Made by a program: the position numbers and the translations under genes | Virus record (IMG/VR): IMGVR_UViG_3300020016_000030 | Span: 1-31,821 of that record | From: a virus | Taxonomy: Duplodnaviria > Caudoviricetes | Reading direction: 5' to 3' (one strand) | Length of the DNA stretch: 31,821 bases | The notes under the pieces: generated by a model | Told to the model about the DNA's origin: nothing | What the model saw: the letters and a program-made list of their open reading frames with translations, nothing else | The model's database searches: none | In this document: positions 24,003 to 31,821 of the stretch, piece by piece | Layout of the letters: the number at the start of each line of letters is the position of its first letter | Numbering within the stretch: position 1 is the stretch's first letter

Positions 24003-24794
24003 TTATAGTTTAACCTCCACTTTAGAGTAACCAGCTTTTTTAGCCGCATAGTTCACTTTGAATTGTAAATCTTTTTTCATTTTATCAGCAATTAGTTTTA
24101 GACTGAAATTAACAAATTGAGTCAACCGGCCGATTGTTCTAATGTGGTTTTCATATCTAAAAGAATGTTTCGGCGTTTCAATATCGTTCTGGATGGAAAC
24201 AAACTGCCTAGCTTTTGCTTCCTTTGACGCGACCCAAGACGGAGCCTTTACACCAAATAACTTTCCAGCAGCCCAAACAGATGCTCTTAATAGTCCAACA
24301 TTCCCGATCTTCCTCTTGATGTAATCATTTAATTCCTTCTTATCCATTGTTGCTTTGTTAGGTTTTACGCCTCTGGAAATACTTCCGGCACGTGTCCTCT
24401 GTCTTTCAACGTCTTGTGGATTAAATGGTACAATCTGTTTATTTTTCAGTTTCTTAAATTCCGCTTTTGCGTTGCTGACAATGTTGTTAATCGCTTCATA
24501 ATCTCTTTTACGAATTAGCTTTTGAATTGTCGGGGAGTTGAAGGTTGAATAATCAATCAAATCATAAACCTTTCTCACGTCTCTTTTGACTGCCTGTTCA
24601 CCTGTTTTCTTTGGCGACAGGTCGGCATCTCCGTAGGATACAGGCGGAGTCCGAGACATAATATCCTTGAATAATATGGCGCTGTATTTGTTCATTGTTT
24701 CAACTGCATCTTTACCAAGAGCACCGACATAAAAATTAAGTCCGTTTTCAAACGCTCTCAATGAGTTCTCATTTACTTTGCCTGTTATTTGCAT
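24003..24794 (-). CDS. Putative neck / tail-completion protein (HK97 gp10 / lambda gpZ position)
   Basis: Basic, with RTPP and VGLLRAS motifs, and synteny. Confidence 0.6.
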   Translation of the reverse strand: MQITGKVNENSLRAFENGLNFYVGALGKDAVETMNKYSAILFKDIMSRTPPVSYGDADLSPKKTGEQAVKRDVRKVYDLIDYSTFNSPTIQKLIRKRDYEAINNIVSNAKAEFKKLKNKQIVPFNPQDVERQRTRAGSISRGVKPNKATMDKKELNDYIKRKIGNVGLLRASVWAAGKLFGVKAPSWVASKEAKARQFVSIQNDIETPKHSFRYENHIRTIGRLTQFVNFSLKLIADKMKKDLQFKVNYAAKKAGYSKVEVKL

Positions 24795-24799
24795 AGGTT

Positions 24800-25153
24800 T
24801 TATGTTGGAACAAACACTGAGTCCTTACGTCCTCTTAACGTGCACCATATATAAATTGGATTATAGTTGTTTATTTGAGCAATTGAGAACGAAGCGGATA
24901 TATGATTGCCAACAAGAGAGCAGGTCTGATTAGGTCTTAATACCGCCGTGTTATTTGTTCGTGGAATGAATACCGAAATATTTGTTATGTCTTGATTGTA
25001 TCCAGTTTCCAGCATGTCCCATTGTTGAATATATCCATAACCGATGGCACAACTTGAAGAAACGTTGACGGAGCCGGATTGATAGTGAAACGACCCGCTA
25101 TTCATCGCGGTGGCTTCTTGTAATGTTCTAGCTATGTCGGCGTCTAAGCTCAT
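24800..25153 (-). CDS. Putative head-closure protein (gpFII position)
   Basis: 117 aa, beta-rich, directly after the capsid gene. Confidence 0.55.
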   Translation of the reverse strand: MSLDADIARTLQEATAMNSGSFHYQSGSVNVSSSCAIGYGYIQQWDMLETGYNQDITNISVFIPRTNNTAVLRPNQTCSLVGNHISASFSIAQINNYNPIYIWCTLRGRKDSVFVPT

Positions 25154-25158
25154 AAGTT

Positions 25159-25194
25159 AAAAAGCCGAGCCGAATTTCTCCGGACCCGGCTTTT
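25159..25194 (-). terminator. Terminator after the major capsid gene
   Basis: AAAAGCCGGG-T-CCGG-AGAAAT-TCGG-CTCGGCTTTTT. Confidence 0.7.
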
Positions 25195-25222
25195 GTGAAT
25201 CTATTGTGTCCAGTTAAATTAT

Positions 25223-26143
25223 TTAACTATTGATAAGGCGCATTACATAGGCTTTGTCGGCAACCTTAGCGCCTGCCTGTGTCTCGATCACATACTGCCT
25301 TCCTCCCAGTTCTGGCCGTCTAAACGACTTGAGAGTGTAAGTAAATCCTTTATCTGGAACCGTGTTTGTGTCCACCAGTTCGACTGTGCTATTGTTTTCT
25401 ACGGGGTCAACCGCGACGGGTCTCATAACAAACGCCACTCCGCCGTTTCGTATTGCCACGCCAGAATAGTTTGTGCTTACAAGAGGACTGCCCGGAAATG
25501 AATTGCTTTCAACAATGTTGAATCCTTGTAGCGGAAATGCGACCGTGCTTCCCTTTGCTACCGTCAGCGCCGAAAGTGTAAAGTTATTACTAACTACCGG
25601 GTCTGCCAACACTCTGCGATAAGCATTGGAATGTAGAATCAAAGTATTACGTCCGTCTGTCGGCCAATTGCCGGCACCAGCGGCGATACTTGCGCTTGCG
25701 ACTGCGTTGTATGACCAAGCAGAAGCGGAGCAAGATGAGGACAAGGCCGCGTTTGCGGAGCCTGTCAATGACGTGAGATATAATGTTTGTATATCACCAG
25801 CCAATTGATTGACGTTTGAACTGATAATCGCTTTTGATGCGAAACTCAAATCACCGCCATCAATTATATCAGTATCGCGGAGAATCCATGACTTGTATAA
25901 ATGAGTTAGCGAAACGTCAACGCCTGTCAAATACGTTTCGTTTGCCGTATATGTGCCTCCGAAAATTGCTTCGGTTTGTGTTGATCCTACTTTGTAAACC
26001 CTAACGCTTTTGCCCGTTGGGACATCAGCACTGACATCAGTGCCAATTAGGGCGAAAGGTGCGAATGAACCTTCAACCGTCTCCGCAACGAATTGCGAAA
26101 TAGCGGTGAAGTCTGTGTTTGAAAAATTTGTTGAAATTGCCAT
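25223..26143 (-). CDS. Major capsid protein (HK97 fold)
   Basis: 306 aa after protease and scaffold, followed by a terminator. GKSVRV, LILHSNAYRRVL and LQGFNIVESN patterns. Confidence 0.8.
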   Translation of the reverse strand: MAISTNFSNTDFTAISQFVAETVEGSFAPFALIGTDVSADVPTGKSVRVYKVGSTQTEAIFGGTYTANETYLTGVDVSLTHLYKSWILRDTDIIDGGDLSFASKAIISSNVNQLAGDIQTLYLTSLTGSANAALSSSCSASAWSYNAVASASIAAGAGNWPTDGRNTLILHSNAYRRVLADPVVSNNFTLSALTVAKGSTVAFPLQGFNIVESNSFPGSPLVSTNYSGVAIRNGGVAFVMRPVAVDPVENNSTVELVDTNTVPDKGFTYTLKSFRRPELGGRQYVIETQAGAKVADKAYVMRLINS

Positions 26144-26175
26144 ATTGTTATTTTATTTGAAAATTGTTAAATTGT

Positions 26176-26670
26176 TTATGTTCTACCTTTTAGAGTATTT
26201 TCTCTTTGAATGAGAAGTTCCTTCCAAGTGTCGGGATGTTCCCTAATATATTCACGTCTTTCAGATGTATTAGCTTTTGATTCCAAACCTTCTAAGAAAG
26301 CGGTTACGCCCAATACTGTTGGAGTGTTGTCAGTATCAATTTTCACCATCGGGGAACCGGCTGTTGCTAGTTTCTCCATAGAAGCCATTGCTACCTTGTT
26401 GTTGAAATCTTTTGTGTTTTGTTTTTCTGTTGCTAGTTCACTTTCAATCATTTTGATTGTGTTCTCCAATTCAACCTTTTCAGTTTGAATCTTTTCGTAT
26501 TCTGTCTTAGCAACCGTTGAAGAAGCATCTTCAGTCTTTGGTTTTTCTTCTTTTATAGAAGCCAATTCTGTTTGAAGCTGTTTAATAAGAGTTTGGGATT
26601 CCTCATTGGCTTTCACTTGAGTCGCCAATTGCTTTTCCAAATCTTTCTTTGCTTGAAATAGTGAGATCAT
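26176..26670 (-). CDS. Putative capsid scaffolding protein
   Basis: E/K-rich coiled coil between protease and capsid genes. Confidence 0.65.
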   Translation of the reverse strand: MISLFQAKKDLEKQLATQVKANEESQTLIKQLQTELASIKEEKPKTEDASSTVAKTEYEKIQTEKVELENTIKMIESELATEKQNTKDFNNKVAMASMEKLATAGSPMVKIDTDNTPTVLGVTAFLEGLESKANTSERREYIREHPDTWKELLIQRENTLKGRT

Positions 26671-26747
26671 ATTTGTTTTTATTTTACCCTCTTATCATAA
26701 GAGGCTTGAAATTCTTGTTAATAAATATAATACCATCGCTGAAAAGG

Positions 26748-27605
26748 TTAATAATCTTCGGCGTTGTCGTACAAAGGATTGTTGCTAAATATCTCATCAG
26801 CACTTGAAATCACCCCGTCAATCAAATTGTTTTCCAAAGCCCGTTCAGCAAGAAAACTTCTGGCCTTGATCTTATCAAAATCAATATCCCTGTAAGTTCC
26901 AACGAACGTCTTGAAGGTATCAGCAACATAGGTGATGTCCTCACGTATTCTGTCTTGAGCTTCCGTGCTAATGGGAAGTCCCGGCAGTATCTCCGCTTTG
27001 GTGTCATCCGACCTAATGACAATTGGCTTTAGTCCTGCATTTTCCATTGCTCTACTGGAATCTATAAGATAAGCAAAAGCACCGATTGATCCTATTTGTG
27101 AAAACCTTGTTGCGTAAATTTCTGACGTACCCGCAATTAAATAATAGGCCCCAGAGCAACACGCACCCTCGACAAGCGTATAAATTGGAACCGTGTTTTT
27201 ATTTAATTCCGCGATGTATTCGGCGAGCTCCGGGACCCCCTGTGAATCGCCGCCGTTTGAGTCCACACAGAACAGCATCGCTTTGGTGTCTGGATAGCTC
27301 AAGGCGGAGTCAATCTGTTCTCTCAGCACGTCTATGTCGCACATACCGGACATTGCGTCTATTGAGGAAAGGCGTTTTCCAAGGGTACCGTAAATGTTGA
27401 TGTGGCTTATTCCGTTAGCATCTGGTTTTTCGTCAATGGTGTTTCTTTCCAGATAAGCTTCCTCGTCTTGCTGAATCTTATTAAATGAAACATCAGCACC
27501 GTGAATCTTTGCCTGAAGTACTTCGTGAATTATATTAGCTTTTTCCTCTGGCAAAAGCAGTGCTCGGTTGTAAAATCTAGATGTCAAATGGAGAAGTTGT
27601 TTCAT
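26748..27605 (-). CDS. S49-family head maturation protease (lambda gpC-like)
   Basis: VDSNGG, ACCSGAYYLIA (catalytic Ser), IGSIG and LIDG motifs. Confidence 0.92.
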   Translation of the reverse strand: MKQLLHLTSRFYNRALLLPEEKANIIHEVLQAKIHGADVSFNKIQQDEEAYLERNTIDEKPDANGISHINIYGTLGKRLSSIDAMSGMCDIDVLREQIDSALSYPDTKAMLFCVDSNGGDSQGVPELAEYIAELNKNTVPIYTLVEGACCSGAYYLIAGTSEIYATRFSQIGSIGAFAYLIDSSRAMENAGLKPIVIRSDDTKAEILPGLPISTEAQDRIREDITYVADTFKTFVGTYRDIDFDKIKARSFLAERALENNLIDGVISSADEIFSNNPLYDNAEDY

Positions 27606-27606
27606 A

Positions 27607-29217
27607 TTATTGATTTCTGTTTACTGGTGGCGGCGTTGTTTCATCGTCATCAACAACAGGCGGCGGTGTTGGATCGGAAGATTGATTTGGGTACAGACTA
27701 TAAACATTATTTATATCAACGCCTTCCTTTTGGCATTCGTCCATTATCATTTTCACTTCCGCGACTCTCTGCTTAATCTTTTCTCGAAACTTGTCGCCGG
27801 ACTTTCCATACAAATCTGTTAGAGTAGTAGCACCTACACGAAGCAAATTTAATTCGGCAACCGAATCTCTGTTAGAATCCAACGTGGCAATCTTTGGATA
27901 AATTGGCTCAATCTGCATCCACGTTTCATCAAACGGAAGGAAGCCTAACTTGATTGCTTTGGCTAATCCGTAGATCGCGGCACGTTTCCAAATCTTGTAA
28001 ATGGTAGCTTGTCGATCCCTAATCTTACGTTCCAATTTGCCGAGCAAAGTTTTCATATTGGCGGTTGTCATTCCACCCATGTCGAAAGCTAATTCAAATG
28101 GAATACCGATGCTTGTAAACGCTCCACGTAATACGTGATTGTTCAAAAATATATTTGTATCAGGCCCCGGTCTGTTGTTTGGAACCGGATGAATACCAGT
28201 ATTCGGGTCTTTGGAACCAAATAGCCTTACTGTCCCACCTTGATAATATTTCCAATAAATTGGTTGGCTATTTCCACCACTATCAACCGAACTTGTCATA
28301 TTGTTGGCACCACGGATGAATTTGCCCGGCGTAATTCCGCCTTGCTCATTCTTTTCGGTAAAGGCGTATGAAGATAATTGCTTTATACCTTCCTTCTCAA
28401 AATCTTTGATGTCGCGATAATCAACCCAGTCGGGAATTGAACTGGCCAATGCTGGAAAGCCTCTTAATTGTTTTGGGTATGTTGGCTCGAAATACAGTTC
28501 AGCATTTTGGACACTAAGCTGTTCGTCTTCGTCTTTTGTTTTAGCAAGAATGTTGTACCCAATCGGGATGTTATTATCATTTACAATTATACCGTCTTTG
28601 ATTCTGTATCCTGTAAACGGGCCACGTTCAACGACTTCCTTTTCCTTCCTTGAACCAATGGCATTTGACCCGATAAATTCAATCATCGGGTAACGTCCGT
28701 CACCAGCGTATGTAAGGTGCAGCATAATTTCCCCGTCAACATCAATACGAGTACTAGCAATTCCTAAATCCGTTATGAAATCGGTTTTCCAAGGATTGCA
28801 AACATTGAACCAATTCGTTAGCCATTGTTCATACAAAGTCCCTACTTCTTGATTGTTACCGAAGTAGTAGGGCAACCAGCTATCACCGATGGCATATTGT
28901 TTTATATCACCAATACAACCTTTTAAGGCCGGAACATTCTCGTGATAATAACGTGCCTTACTTACAAGAGTGCGTCTGTCGTTCTGTGAAATCAAATCCT
29001 CAACACCCTTGTTTGAGTAGTTCTGTAGTACCTCACTGGTCCTATTAAAACGATTGTTGTAAAAACTGGACGCATCATACAAACCGCCGGCTATATTGTA
29101 GCCATTATTTGTTTCAGCAACCAATGAGATTTTGTCCTTGTGTCCGTTTGATGAAACTTTGCCATTCAATGGCGGTCGTCCTCTGCCTCTTTTAATTTCT
29201 TTTGTAGCTTTAGCCAT
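27607..29217 (-). CDS. Portal protein, lambda family
   Basis: KARY..EN, VDGEI, I.DGI, QLRGFP.L and GIP.EL motifs, plus synteny. Confidence 0.9.
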   Translation of the reverse strand: MAKATKEIKRGRGRPPLNGKVSSNGHKDKISLVAETNNGYNIAGGLYDASSFYNNRFNRTSEVLQNYSNKGVEDLISQNDRRTLVSKARYYHENVPALKGCIGDIKQYAIGDSWLPYYFGNNQEVGTLYEQWLTNWFNVCNPWKTDFITDLGIASTRIDVDGEIMLHLTYAGDGRYPMIEFIGSNAIGSRKEKEVVERGPFTGYRIKDGIIVNDNNIPIGYNILAKTKDEDEQLSVQNAELYFEPTYPKQLRGFPALASSIPDWVDYRDIKDFEKEGIKQLSSYAFTEKNEQGGITPGKFIRGANNMTSSVDSGGNSQPIYWKYYQGGTVRLFGSKDPNTGIHPVPNNRPGPDTNIFLNNHVLRGAFTSIGIPFELAFDMGGMTTANMKTLLGKLERKIRDRQATIYKIWKRAAIYGLAKAIKLGFLPFDETWMQIEPIYPKIATLDSNRDSVAELNLLRVGATTLTDLYGKSGDKFREKIKQRVAEVKMIMDECQKEGVDINNVYSLYPNQSSDPTPPPVVDDDETTPPPVNRNQ

Positions 29218-29229
29218 ATCAATAAAATG

Positions 29230-29487
29230 TTATTTGGTGTACCCGATGTACTCAGTTATCATAGGCTGGCCGTATGTGTCGGGGTCGAGCAACTGCAAAG
29301 CATAAGTGACCGCTGCCAATAGTTCTGTTGGATTTGTTGAAGCTGCGTAGGTAGCACTCAACCCCGGAATGGAAATTGACGTGGAAACTTTTCCACCATC
29401 AGTAGTAAGTGAAGTAATTGCCGATGCTCTTATTGCCAGCAATTCACTTTCAGTCAAACCAGCTTGAGAAAGTAAAGTTATGTCCAT
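29230..29487 (-). CDS. Head-tail joining protein (gpW-like)
   Basis: 85 aa helix-hairpin-helix between TerL and portal. Confidence 0.65.
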   Translation of the reverse strand: MDITLLSQAGLTESELLAIRASAITSLTTDGGKVSTSISIPGLSATYAASTNPTELLAAVTYALQLLDPDTYGQPMITEYIGYTK

Positions 29488-29524
29488 AGTGTAATAAATA
29501 AATAGATATTGATAAGGTAATAGT

Positions 29525-31303
29525 TTAAGATAAATAGGGCTTCGGTATTAGTTGCACTTCGTCCGAAATTAAAGAAGCTACAACTTGCATAACTTCGCAG
29601 TCAAAAGCATGGTTCTCATGGCGTTTAATCCATCTCCAGATTATGTCGCCGTATTTTGTTTTAATTGGCCTCTTACTTTCTCCAAATATTTGTTGTTTGT
29701 AATCGGGTATATCAAGGCACTTGAATTGTCTTTCAGATTTCCCGTCCCTCAAATTAGCAACAATATCTCTAACGGTATTTGGAGCGAACGAGAACCAGAT
29801 CGTGCCATTCTTACCGTGTGGAATTGCCTTCGGTTTATCAAAATATAAAGAATACTTTTGACCATTGATTTCCCACAACGCAGGCTTGTCATCCAGATAA
29901 GCATTGCCCTTTAGTCCAACAAACAAATTACGGTCAATAAATTCCCAAGTCGCTCCGTCCTCGGTAAATCCTATATCAACAAAGGTTTGATTAGATGAAA
30001 CGTTAAACTTCTTTAATAGTACCAGCAGGTCACTTTCAGTTTTTACCTTGTCATAAAACAGCATTCTACTATCACCGATGGCGGACCACTCTCGCACCAA
30101 ACACCAGTAACAGTTTTTTTGTACATCGACTGTGGCAATTCTCGCAACCGCTTCTGGCCAGTCAGATTGAATATCATATAACTGTGTTTTAATGTGCTGT
30201 CGCACATAGTTTTCCTCAATCTCTGATTGTGGCCGGCAAATTCTTTGTTTATAGAAGTCCTGAATATTTTGATAGATTCCTTTTTGTTGGAGTGCTCTAG
30301 CTTCCAAATATTCGTCTAGTAGTAAGTTCCAATCTCTTGTAATAATAGCGTTCCAATGGAAGGAGCGGTTAATCGGTTTACCAAAAGGATTTGTTTGAAG
30401 ATACCGACCCGAAGCATTCCATTTCTCTTTTAATTCCTTTGAGTCCGCGTGTTTGTGTCCGCAATATTCACACTCGTATCGTAAGGTATTTATCGCTTCT
30501 ACTTTGTTGTATGTTTCGGTTTCTTCGTTATATGTCTTATCGTTTGTATCAAATATCAGACCGAAGCTAGTACCATCTTCACGGTGAGCATAGAACTGGG
30601 GGGCAAAATATTTCTTGCAACCTTCGCACTGGACATTCCAAAACTCCATTGTTCCAGCATTGAAATATTTATCAAAATCGTCATTCTCTTTACCGGCTTG
30701 GCTGATGACTAGAAGTTTGGAAATGCCCTTTTCCTCAAAGGCCGTCAACCGAGCTTCTGCTAGTTTCAACTTTCCACGATCCCACAAATGGACCTCATCA
30801 CAAATTTCAAATCCTATACTCTTTGCCTGAAACGCTGACTCCCTTTCGGAATTACAATACAAAGTACAATTGGGAAATCTAACACCCTTCTTTGTAAGTT
30901 CCCTTTGGTCGGGCGGCGTGATATGTTTAAGCGCCTTACAATTCAAAAAGAGCGGGTATAGTCTGTCGTATAATTCTTCACCGACCATTTGCTCGGTGAG
31001 CATTGAAAATTGGATCGGCATTGGTCGGTTTGCGATTGACCATGCGATTGCTAATTCAGCAGCTAACGTCCCACCTGATTGAACACATTTTCTGATTATT
31101 ACTTTCCGTGTGTTCAAGTCCTTAATGGCTTTCAATGGCTCAATCAAGTACCTTGAACTTTCAACGGAGAAGCGGCCGGGCTTGGCGTAGGATGGCGGCA
31201 GATAGCAATTAGAAGCAGCCCAAGTATAGATTTCTGAGGTTTCTACTTGTCTATAAATTCCCTTCGTTTTCTTTAATAATGATTTCTGGAACTCAACATT
31301 CAT
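29525..31303 (-). CDS. terL: Terminase large subunit, lambda GpA type
   Basis: Deviant Walker A KCVQSGGT, Walker B ICDEV, CxxC...CxxC, nuclease motifs TVDVQ, FVDIG and NHAFDCE. Confidence 0.93.
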   Translation of the reverse strand: MNVEFQKSLLKKTKGIYRQVETSEIYTWAASNCYLPPSYAKPGRFSVESSRYLIEPLKAIKDLNTRKVIIRKCVQSGGTLAAELAIAWSIANRPMPIQFSMLTEQMVGEELYDRLYPLFLNCKALKHITPPDQRELTKKGVRFPNCTLYCNSERESAFQAKSIGFEICDEVHLWDRGKLKLAEARLTAFEEKGISKLLVISQAGKENDDFDKYFNAGTMEFWNVQCEGCKKYFAPQFYAHREDGTSFGLIFDTNDKTYNEETETYNKVEAINTLRYECEYCGHKHADSKELKEKWNASGRYLQTNPFGKPINRSFHWNAIITRDWNLLLDEYLEARALQQKGIYQNIQDFYKQRICRPQSEIEENYVRQHIKTQLYDIQSDWPEAVARIATVDVQKNCYWCLVREWSAIGDSRMLFYDKVKTESDLLVLLKKFNVSSNQTFVDIGFTEDGATWEFIDRNLFVGLKGNAYLDDKPALWEINGQKYSLYFDKPKAIPHGKNGTIWFSFAPNTVRDIVANLRDGKSERQFKCLDIPDYKQQIFGESKRPIKTKYGDIIWRWIKRHENHAFDCEVMQVVASLISDEVQLIPKPYLS

Positions 31304-31816
31304 TTACGTTTGCAGCCCTAACTGGTCAGTCTCCGGCAGGTCTTCTTTTACTTCGGGATTGTTTAATGTTTCATTTACATTTTCCATAGTCTCGTCATCA
31401 ACAATATGTTCAATCTGTTTGTCAGATACATACGCTTCCAAGTCAGCGTAAATTTCTGTAATGATTAAATTAAATAATTCGGGCTTTTCCTTTGTTAATT
31501 CTTTTAACTTGTCGGTGAACAGTTGAGCTTGGAAGCAGAGTAAGTCTTCAACCTCTTGACGGTTTACAAGCAAGTTTTCTTTTTCTTCGTTCTCCAACCG
31601 AGCTTGTTTGGCTTTCTCCGTCCTCCAAAGAATATCCATTTCTAATTTCTTCTTTTCCAAATCGGGATCTTCGGTTTCAATGTTTTGATTAAATGGATTA
31701 TCAGAAGCAGAGTTTTCTTTTTGTTTTAGATAAGATCCCTCTGCATCTTTGAAACTCTTTTCCGTCCACGCCACCCACCGACCCACCATGCCGTCAGGAT
31801 TCACGTCCTCAAGCAT
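31304..31816 (-). CDS. terS: Terminase small subunit, C-terminal part (N-terminus at 78-4)
   Basis: Abuts terL. EKAKQARLENEEKENLLV.R.EV coiled-coil motif of Nu1-like proteins. Confidence 0.8.
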   Translation of the reverse strand: MLEDVNPDGMVGRWVAWTEKSFKDAEGSYLKQKENSASDNPFNQNIETEDPDLEKKKLEMDILWRTEKAKQARLENEEKENLLVNRQEVEDLLCFQAQLFTDKLKELTKEKPELFNLIITEIYADLEAYVSDKQIEHIVDDETMENVNETLNNPEVKEDLPETDQLGLQT

Positions 31817-31821
31817 ACGTG
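31813..31821 (+). repeat. Terminal direct repeat GCATACGTG, right copy
   Basis: Identical to 3-11. Confidence 0.9.

Larger units (their letters stand above)
1..31821. mobile_element. Near-complete temperate siphovirus genome (lambda-like head module, serine integrase), circularly permuted inside terS
   Basis: Complete ordered terminase-portal-protease-capsid-neck-tail module, integrase and replication initiator with iterons. No host housekeeping genes seen. The ends overlap by 9 bp and rejoin terS in frame. Confidence 0.92.

Noticed and set aside
11229-31082. Many plus-strand ORFs of 60-226 aa in the track (e.g. 20945-21625, 11229-11579)
   Set aside because: They are antisense shadows of well-supported minus-strand genes, with no motifs or start signals.
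1-31821. Stop-codon reassignment, tRNA or rRNA genes
   Set aside because: Standard-code ORFs tile the genome densely with full-length terminase, portal and integrase. No cloverleaf or rRNA-like segment was recognised by eye.

Overview
The window looks like an essentially complete, circularly permuted genome (about 31.8 kb) of a small temperate siphovirus with a lambda-like head. A 9-bp repeat at the two ends (GCATACGTG) rejoins the split terminase small-subunit gene in frame. A lambda cosQ-like GGGTCCT plus a palindrome lies just upstream of terS. The minus strand from 31.8 to 14.3 kb carries TerS, GpA-type TerL, a gpW-like protein, portal, S49 protease, scaffold, capsid, neck, tail and fibre genes, interrupted by free-standing GIY-YIG and NUMOD4-HNH endonucleases. 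The centre holds a lipoprotein, a large serine recombinase and a Rok-like winged-helix protein. The 0.3-11 kb region holds a wHTH replication initiator with internal iterons, a metallophosphoesterase, a ParB-like protein, two papain-fold candidates, many small Zn-binding ORFs and a LAGLIDADG protein with one catalytic Asp changed to Asn. Notable points: (i) two promoter classes, canonical sigma70-type with a TTTGA extended -10 versus a TA(T/C)TTAT motif before late genes; (ii) several intergenic structured RNA candidates with anti-Shine-Dalgarno or anti-AUG tracts; (iii) no recognisable endolysin, holin, CI-type repressor or sigma factor, which raises a testable hypothesis of helper-phage dependence. 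All protein calls come from motif recognition and synteny by eye; no database search was run.
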